From Antedon mediterranea (lineage: Eukaryota; Animalia; Echinodermata), in NCBI RefSeq assembly GCF_964355755.1, contig NC_092675.1, positions 8,427,812 to 8,491,811 of the forward strand: a stretch of DNA of 64,000 bases, written 5' to 3'. The stretch's first letter is position 1. The number at the start of each line of letters is the position of its first letter. Below are positions 55,398-64,000 of this stretch, piece by piece. The translations under genes and the position numbers were made by a program. A model generated the notes under the pieces. That model saw only the letters and a program-made list of their open reading frames with translations, searched no databases and had not been told where the DNA came from.

Positions 55398-55470
55398 TTG
55401 TGTATCCTTAGCCAAGACACTTTACTGGAGTTTGCTTCTCTCCACCCAGGTGTGCAAATGGGTACCTGGT
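55398..55470 (+). mobile_element. CORE-SINE-like fragment
   Basis: TTGTGTATCCTTAGCCAAGACACTTTAC...CTCTCCACCCAGGTGTGCAAATGGGTACC resembles the CORE domain (GTGNCCTTGGGCAAGNCACTT...TGTAAAATGGG). Confidence 0.6.
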
Positions 55471-56623
55471 AAGGTCAAAACACAATCTGCGCCGATTAGA
55501 CTAGCTGTTCATTATAAATTCATTACATTGTTTCATGTGATGGACAACCAATGCCGAGACTTTTCCTTTCCTGAGTTTTGCAGTTCGATTTGTTTAACAA
55601 CATAATCAAAATCAGTGTTATAAAATAGTTTAAACCCTGCAAATGTAATTTTCACACAATAATAATAATAATGCATAATGGTACCATGCGGTAAAAGATT
55701 CAGTTCTGTTCCCCCAAGAAACTGTCATAGTACCACAAAATTGTGTTAAGAACCAGTCATTAAGTCTGTGCATGCCTGCTTCTGAGGCTTTCAAAGACAA
55801 ATACTATCACTCTCAAGTTAATTATGAAAAAATAACTTTATTTTATAAAACATATGTCATAGCCTCTTTTGCATAATGAAATGTACATTATTTATTTACT
55901 ATATTCTTTTTTACAAAAATTAATTTAACATAGTACAGTAATAATTTGATGTACTTGGTACAAATGTGAGCTTTACCCTGCTTCACTATCCTCATGGTGA
56001 CTGATTTTGGACACAAAATTCATTCTTTGTAGCAAATATTCTTCACAGTAAAACAGAGAAAGAATAACTGATTTAATTTAGATTTTAAAGTATTTCAGTT
56101 TCTTCTTTCCAAAAACAAATATTGTATTTACATCTTTAGAAGCATTTTGTGATAATATAGTATTTAGTAAACAATATAAAAAATATGATTTGGTACAACA
56201 TTTGCAAATACCCAAAAATTATATTGTAGCATATACTTACAACAACTTAGAAGGCACTCTGTCAAGTATGAGAACTTGCTCATGCTTGAAACCCCAAACC
56301 AAAATATATTTTAACATAACTATTTGCAAGATTCTTTCAATAAGCAATTAATCCCCTGTTTTCAGTGTAACATGTTAAACCTTACATGGCATATTGCATA
56401 TCCCCAATTACAGGATTCTTTAATTCTGCTTTATGGCTGAAAATACATTTTTATATATATATGAAAAATAGATTCTAAAAAAATTAATAGAAAAATTACA
56501 AACTATTATGATTTAAAGAAGTTATAAACAAATGTTTTAAAAGTTGTATAAAAAATGAACACTTAAGTAGAAACAATTACAAAAATATGAATGAAACAAT
56601 CCATGTAATTTCCTCATTTATTT

Positions 56624-59600
56624 TTAAAGGTGGGTTTCTTCTTCATGAAATGCTAAGTTGGTATACCCACTGTTAGCATTGTAGTCAGAAATCTCCTGCA
56701 TCAGTTCAACTGAAGAGTCATCGCTAAGGGCGACTTCGCCACCCATATCAATACGAAGTCTTTTATTGGCCTCCTCAGAGTCCTCATCCGATTCGTCATT
56801 TCCATTTATGGTATATATATATGTTTTTGCTTTTGCAGTTGTTGTGGAGATATCAGAGTTTTTATCAGATTCATGTGTGGATGATTCGTCATCGTCACTA
56901 GACCCATCAGCAGATTCATTGATAGTATATGTGTGTTTTTTACAACCATTTTCTGAATCTGAGTCAGACTCTAATTCTGTTATATGGCCATTTGTAACTT
57001 GTTCACCATTTTGAACATCTTGTAATTTATATGTTGTCACACTTAACACTGTAGCTTGTGTTGATGAGGATGTTGAATCTGAAGAAACATCTCCACATTC
57101 TGTTACCTCTTGGATGGTGGCTGGTTTTTTTAAAGTTGCATAAAGGTCATAACTTTGTAGCCGATTTTCTAACGATGAGCCATCCGTCAATGATGAGATC
57201 ATTGATGCCTCTTCCTCGGCAATTGTGCTTAACTGATTATCATATTCAAGTTCTGATCGATATGCAGCTGCTGATAGAGCAGTTTGTGAATCTGGTGATG
57301 TTAAATCATCTAGTATCTGGTTAATTTCCATTACCCTCTGTGATGTCAATATTCCATTGTGGCTATCCTCAAGACCAGATTCATGAATCGGAATAGCACG
57401 AGGTTCTTGTGATGCCCCACAGGCAACTAACTCTCGTTTTAACAGCTCAATTGAACTGACCTCACTGTTGTTGCTTGAGGATTGTCCTGTTGGAGGAGGA
57501 GGAGGTGGTGGCAAGGCCTGTTGGATTGTGCCATTCTTGGCTCTGTGGTTGGAATCAAATGTGTTTGTACTAGAGAAAAAGTCCATTGGTCCATCCTAAC
57601 AAAAAATAAGAAAATATAAAACAATGTAGAATTATTAATTTGATCAATTCATTTTTTATAACATTAATAAGAATTTATTGCGCTTGCAACAGACAATCAT
57701 ATCTGTAGTTTCTTTTTATTAATTTTCATACTCTTGACAGTCGATCATCCGTCACAGTTTGGAACTCGCTAGGTTGTTGCTTTGTGATCCTTTTAGAAAC
57801 GGTGGTATCATCCATGTATGTTGTTAATTGTAATTGTGATTAGTTGGTAAGTCTTTGATGAAGACAATGAATAGAACAGGGCCGAGCCACGAACCCTGCG
57901 AGACTCCGCCATTCAGGGTGAGCTATGATAAAAGACATTTTCCTATATTCACCCTTTGCAATCTTCAATCAAAAAAGATTTAATCCATTGGATTAAAACA
58001 TTGCTAACTTCTATTTGGATTAATTTGTCAATTAGAATTTGATGATCTACAAGGCCAAACGCTTTTTCATCGTCTCATCTCCTTGGTCGGTGTTGGAAAA
58101 CAGATCACACATCATAGATACAAGGTTATCAATCATAGAAAGACCTTTCATGCATCATATCTTATCATAGATTTCATCGAGAACTAGTCTTCCGATTAAC
58201 TTCCCACTTACTGATGTCAGTGAGATTGGTCTTAGATCTGATTCAATATGTTTGGGGAGTTGACTTTAGGAATAGGGATTATATTAGCGGACTTCCACTC
58301 AGTCGGCACAAAAGACCACATTACCACTTATATGGTGCACATTTATATGACATTAATCATAACAAGTTTAAAGTTGTTATTAAATTGATTGTAAATATAT
58401 AAAATCCGTCTTTATACTTTCTAAGCTATGAATTGGTCAATTATTTATTTATCCCACTGTGAATGGACTATGTGGCAGATTAGAGATATTGTTAGCGTTT
58501 GATTTCTCTAATTACTACAAAGAATCAAAATGATGATGGTGATGATGATGATAATAATGATATCCTGGATTTATAAAGCACCTAATGTTGTGAAACCTCT
58601 ATGGTCATTTCTGGATAAAATAATGATGAATAATATTACTTACCCTATATGGTACTTGACGACTATCAATCAAAGATATACTGTCCGGCCAATCACTCAT
58701 ACTGTCTTCTCTATCAAGCCACATTGGATTATTACTACAAAATAGAATTTAATTACAATAAGTATAATAATAAGTTTACTAATAACATATTTAGTACATT
58801 TAATGACATGTTGATGAGTAAATCTAAGGAATAAATAAAACACACAAGTGAAAGCCAATAAATAGAAGAAAAATGCATCTTATTCAAAACCCATCATCAT
58901 CATCAGTTGCTTTAGATGGTACTGTAAATACTGTAAATATTGAAACATTCATTGGATTCAGAACATTCCAATTATTACAGTGTAGCACCATAGTAAAAAA
59001 TGTGTCAAAATTATATAAAAAAGTTAAGCTCCAAACAGAAAAAAATAAATGAGCTCCATTGTAGGAGACACCTACAAGTAATACATGTTAAAAATAATGC
59101 ATGCAATTTAAAATGAAGTAACTGAAAAATAAATATGGGTGATAACAAAATGCATTTAATTGCCTATTTAAAAACTGCGAACCGTTTATAAACTAAACAT
59201 CAAGTTTGTAGTTGCTTATAATGTGTTTATTATAACACACCTAAGTAGATAATAGTAATTTGATGAATGTTTTATATTCGTGCAATAGGGAAAATAATTT
59301 TATGAGTTGAAAGATGAAATGTCATATACACCTTAGGAAATATAATTTTTTATCTTTCACCTCATGAAATTATTTGCTCTATTGCATTTGTTATTTGTAT
59401 AACATGAATATGCCACTATGATGTTCCATAATAGTTATTTACTTCGACAAAAAATTGGATCGAAAAAAAAGAAGATTTATCTGTAATTTTAATAAAATAA
59501 TTAAGCTGTAATTTAAAGCAAAAGTCAAATTGGTTGCCACTCAATGGTTTTTTGGTTGAATTTAACCATTTGCTTTGTCTTTTTATAAGTGAAAACAAAA

Positions 59601-62600
59601 AATCTCATTTAATCTTCATTTTTCATGTTTTTGGGGAACAATACATCTTTAATTATTGCTGTGTCATCAAATTAATCATAGAGATAAAAACATTTTTATA
59701 AAAATGAAACATAAGAAAATGCATGCAGGGAAGGATGACAATTCAAAAACCAATGTAAACATTCTAAAGGAATAAAAGTACAGTCTTACATGCACACACG
59801 AGCAAGTTGATGTTGGGATCAGCAGACAAACCTTAGGGGTTATAAAATTGTTTCCGACATATACATTAGAGACCCATTTCCTTCAAAAATTGGGTTTCTG
59901 TTTTTTATTTTACGGTAGGCATTGGTAAGAAAAAGAAAACGGTGCAAATGAGTTAGTTGCAAAGTATACAAATGTTTTAGAATGTTTAATTTGGATTATG
60001 ATTTATTCTTTTGCTATTAATTACAAAAACCACTTTAAAAATACAATATAAAATTAATAATACAAAATCATATCAACAATATGATGTATATATTGCTGTC
60101 CATTCTTCATAGATTGTTTTTATTGTTGCCAGTGAATGTGCTTAAATGCAATTGTTTAAAGTGAAAACTGTTCTTACCCTTGGAAATCATATGGGTCCAT
60201 TAGATTCTGAGAGTTTCCATAGCTAACACCATCACGCATACTTAGTTTTTTTCTGCTGCTGTTATAAAATATATGATTTACGTTGATAAATGTATTCATT
60301 AATATATATATATATATATATATCCTAGTAGTTATATCAGACCGTTGGGATAAGTGCTCGATACCATAGAGCATCAATAAAATATCAGCAAAACTTGGTT
60401 ACTTCATTGTTATATTCACTCACTACAACATTGTTTCGCATTTTGCATAGCTGGCCATATATGACAGCATGCTTTATATTTCACCTGATGAGTGTGGCCA
60501 GCTATGTTTTACTTTAAATATTGTGCCAGTTTTGCGGTACATATCATTTCAAAACATGAGCTGATCGAAACATTACTGTCTGCAGATTGGATAATATTAT
60601 TACTTTTGGGTTGTGGTCCCACAATTTGCATCAATCCAATTTCAATCACTGAATAGCCACCAATGACTTGAGTTAATTTTTATTTTATACATTCATTATG
60701 TTTAAAATGTAAAAAACAACATTGTACAAAAAATATATATTATATTTCATTGTATTTTCCATTTTGTCTAATTGATTTCAAGAGGCAATTCTGTGTTTGC
60801 ATGATCAATTAAATAGCATTCAATTAAACATTAAAAATAATAAAAAATAAACATTGTTGACTTACTTTTTCTGCAAGAAACAGATTATAATACAAAAAGC
60901 AAGTGTGCCTATAAAGATGAGAATTGCAATAGCAATCAGTGCTATCTCCATTAGAGCCCAATCCTCTCCTCCTGAGTTTGTAACCAGAGGCTATACAATA
61001 ACAAACAGTGTATTAATTAAATATACATTTTTATATTGACAAAAGTGGATGTAAAACGTTAGAGTGGTGATTTCTACCAGTGCCATATATTTAACAAAAA
61101 ATGGAAAATATGATACTGCTCTTAGTCTTTCAATGGATTCTACTATACTTTTTCAATTCTCAACTTACATAAACTTCAGCAATTCCAAACAGCGCATTGA
61201 TCAAATCAGAATTTTGATCGATTCTGCTTATAATGAGATCAGCAGGCATAACTTGGTTTGTTTCTGGATCAATAACGTTAATGCTAACGGATGTCATATC
61301 TTGAGCGACTTTACCATCCTCGGTAGTGTACAGGAGAATGTCATCAATAAATACTATCCCTTGTGTGATATTGCTCAACAATCTATAAACATTTATGAAT
61401 TTTAGTTGCTTTATGTTGAGATACAAGAATCATTTTGAAACAATACCTATTGTAAAATTACCAAGCATGTTAAATTTATATAAATAATATTCTTATAATA
61501 ATCAAGATATGATTTTCAGAAATACTCTTGCACGCAATCAATGCCCTAATACTCATAATCAGTATTTGGCTTTGAATTACCCCTTCCTTTAATATATTTG
61601 GTAATAACCATTATTCTAAACTAACTTACTCAATGAGTTGTTCCTCTTTGGCTTTAACTTCTTCAATTGGTGCATTTATAACAATCACGACACGCTGATT
61701 AGGGTCAAGCACATATATCTAAAAATATGTTGAATATTTGAAAATATCTTCAGTCAAGTGTACCAATTTTTAAAAACATTTTATTTAAATTCTTGTTAGG
61801 TTTTATTCACTTAATTCTTTCTGATATTTCGGTTCAACCTAAATGTCGACTGGCACTCAGAGATACCTGTAATATTCTGTTTGTTTACAGGCATTTAAAT
61901 CATTATAATGTCCTCTTATCTCACTTTGGAACCGCAATCTGTTGACGACTCAAAAACTATTTCATCATCAATAACCTTTTGCAATATAATACTACAAACA
62001 ACTTAAGTGAATTTTGTTGTTGTAATTTGTTTGGTTTGTTTAGGGGGAGGCTGCTTAATTAGCCAATAGGGATATCTGGCCTCTCTGGGAGACTTATCTC
62101 TAAACTAAAAACGACATAAAAATAAGTAAAAAACAATTACCTTCAAAATTGCCAAAGAACTTATGCCAGATACGGTGTCTATCGCCCTCACAGTAAGATC
62201 AAAATAGTCATAAGCATCTTGATTAACTTGCTTGTTCAGGGTAACCAGTCCCGTGTCTAAGTAGATAATGAATGTTCCATCTGCCTCGGCTTGCGCATTG
62301 TTCTTATTGCTAGCGGTAGCTAAAATGGCGTATTCAGTTGATGTGTGTTTATCACTATCAGGATCTTCAGCATTCATTTGATAAACCTCAGTACGAATAT
62401 CAGCCTCTGCAGCAATTCCTTTAAAACATAATAAATTTACATAATTTAAAATGATCAACCTAAAGCCTTGTTTACACTATCAAACTTTATGCGACAACAA
62501 AATGTGATGTGACCATATATAAACTTGATGATGTCATATCTTTACCATATTTGGGCATATCACACTTTTGTTGCCAAACAAGTTTGATAGTCTAGACAGA

Positions 62601-64000
62601 GCTAAAGAGCTCCTGAAAAAAAAGACAGTGGAAAAAGTGGCAAATGGTTCACTGTCTACAAACTCTTATTTTTACTTTATTTTCAATAGTACTAAAAATA
62701 GGATTCCAGAATTATATCAAGTCTAGCTAAATTTTGTAAATTGTCAGGCAAAACCTGTTGGTTTGGATTAAATATATTTTTTTGGGTGTGATGTTTACCA
62801 AATATAGCTTATTTTAACCTATTTTATCTAAAACTTGTGAACAGTAATTTGTAGGTTTTTATGATAATTTTCAACACTTTCTAACATTATTTGTTTTTTT
62901 GAAGATTCCAAAGACAACTACGTGAATTTGGTTATGATTATTTTTATTTATTGTTTTCAGAATCGAGTGCATACCTGCAATATATTCATCTTTTGCAAAC
63001 ACAGGGCCATTGTCATTGACATCCTCCAAGTTGACAATGACTTGTAACAAAGAAAGGTCAGTTTGTAAGTTAAATGTTGACCTTCTTTTCCTTTGTGATG
63101 TCACTGTGTAGTTTGGATCACTAGACACCTTGATGAGAAGAGTGATTGATAATGTAGCTTCACGATCTACACTTCCAATCAAGAACAATTCACCAGACTC
63201 TTTGTTTAAGCTGAATGTCACAGGGTCATTACCATCTGCAAAAAGTAACATTTGGCAATTTTACTAACAAAAATACTGATAATGTAAACTCAGTAGCCAT
63301 TCTAATTTACACAAAAGATAAACGCTGCTTGTATCAATCTACACTACCAGTATATACAAATATATATCACCGGACAGAATTCAGTTGGATCCGAATCAAC
63401 TGAGCAGAGTTTGCTAGTGATAGTGTAACAAAGACAGTAATACAGTATGTATTCAATGTGCAATCACCATTGACTTGAATGTGTGCTACCCACTAAGCCC
63501 TCTAGAGTGCAGCACACATAATTTGCCTCTTTAAAAGATAATGTTAACAACAACAAAACACAATTCAAAATGACTGGAACACTGACAATCACCTACCGAC
63601 TTACACACTGATTTTTTAATTAAAATAATGTCATGCAATTTGCTTTCCCAGAGAACTGATTTAACTAACCTTATTTTGCTTATAAAAAAACATACCACTA
63701 CATTTTACTCGAATAATACTGTATATGTGTTTCATTTCTGTTTGTTGAATATTAAATTAACAATAAGACAATAATATAAATCCTACCAACAATGAAGTAG
63801 TAAAAATTTGATCCTTCATCTGGATCTACAGCTGCCATGATGGTACCAACGTAAGTTCCATCACTAGCCCCTTCTTGGACTGACAGTGATTGTACAGGGT
63901 AAACGGCAGGGTCTTCTCTAGCAAATCCTGGTTCATTGTCATCTACATCAGATATCTCTATAATAATTTCCTGCTGGGTGGTTTGTCTAGGTACACCATT
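56624..64000 (-). CDS. Cadherin-related single-pass membrane protein (cadherin B; CDHR2/PCDH15/CDH23-like), 3' part
   Basis: Phase-consistent exons 64000-63787, 63235-62975, 62418-62141, 61718-61630, 61382-61169, 60990-60866 (TM IALIAIAILIFIGTLAFCIIICFL), 60258-60178, 58734-58644 (GNNPMW) and 57595-56624. Motifs DVDDNEP, VDRE, DVNDNGPVF and AEDPD; tail ends YTNLAFHEEETHL*. Confidence 0.92.
57690..58300 (-). pseudogene. Decayed CR1/L2-group LINE reverse transcriptase fragment in the last intron of cadherin B
   Basis: Minus-strand pieces in different frames: RPISLTSVSGK, KAFGLVDHQILIDKL, WIKSFL, GGVSQGSWLGPVLFIVFIKDLP and YMDDTT. Confidence 0.85.
59416..59652. mobile_element. Decayed short repeat with a Kolobok-like end, copy 2
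   Basis: Homologous to 22127-22370; shares AGTCAAATTGGYTGCCA..CAATGGTTTTTTG and the terminal ~43 bp. Confidence 0.6.
62464..62603. mobile_element. Hairpin MITE (Harbinger/Tourist-like), copy 2
   Basis: TACACTATCAAACT...TGTGATGTG..CATAT...ATATTTGGGCATATCACA...AGTTTGATAGTCTAGACAGAGCT; same family as 14379-14508. Confidence 0.75.

Noticed and set aside
59832-59897. Extra cadherin B cytoplasmic exon (NPIFEG...)
   Set aside because: An in-frame TAA precedes the plausible donor; exon 58734-58644 already bridges the phases correctly.

Overview
AT-rich, intron-rich eukaryotic DNA from a marine invertebrate; an echinoderm-like deuterostome is my inference from gene content and repeat style. Five spliced genes can be rebuilt exon by exon. 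They are the 5' part of a cadherin-repeat gene (minus, ATG 9953, running off the left edge), vitamin K-dependent gamma-glutamyl carboxylase GGCX (plus, 12190-18368), a paraoxonase/arylesterase (minus, 27001-20557), a Piwil2-type Piwi with an intact DEDH tetrad (plus, 36547-54148), and the 3' part of a second cadherin of CDHR2/PCDH15/CDH23 type (minus, right edge to 56624). Introns and spacers carry many mobile elements: a truncated but stop-free Academ-like XPG-nuclease/Cys-rich ORF nested in another TIR element, a 5S rRNA-derived SINE, a tRNA-headed Deu/Nin SINE, a Helentron-type element, Kolobok-, P-, Harbinger- and Tc1/pogo-like non-autonomous elements, and a decayed CR1/L2 reverse transcriptase. 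I found no prokaryote-style system such as CRISPR, and I cannot claim a new biological system. The best novelty candidates are the 5S-SINE, the open Academ nuclease module, a tRNA-like head with an inverted D-loop, a GC-AG intron and the TAGGCCTA clusters at putative promoters. All calls come from manual reading without database searches, and repeat boundaries are approximate.
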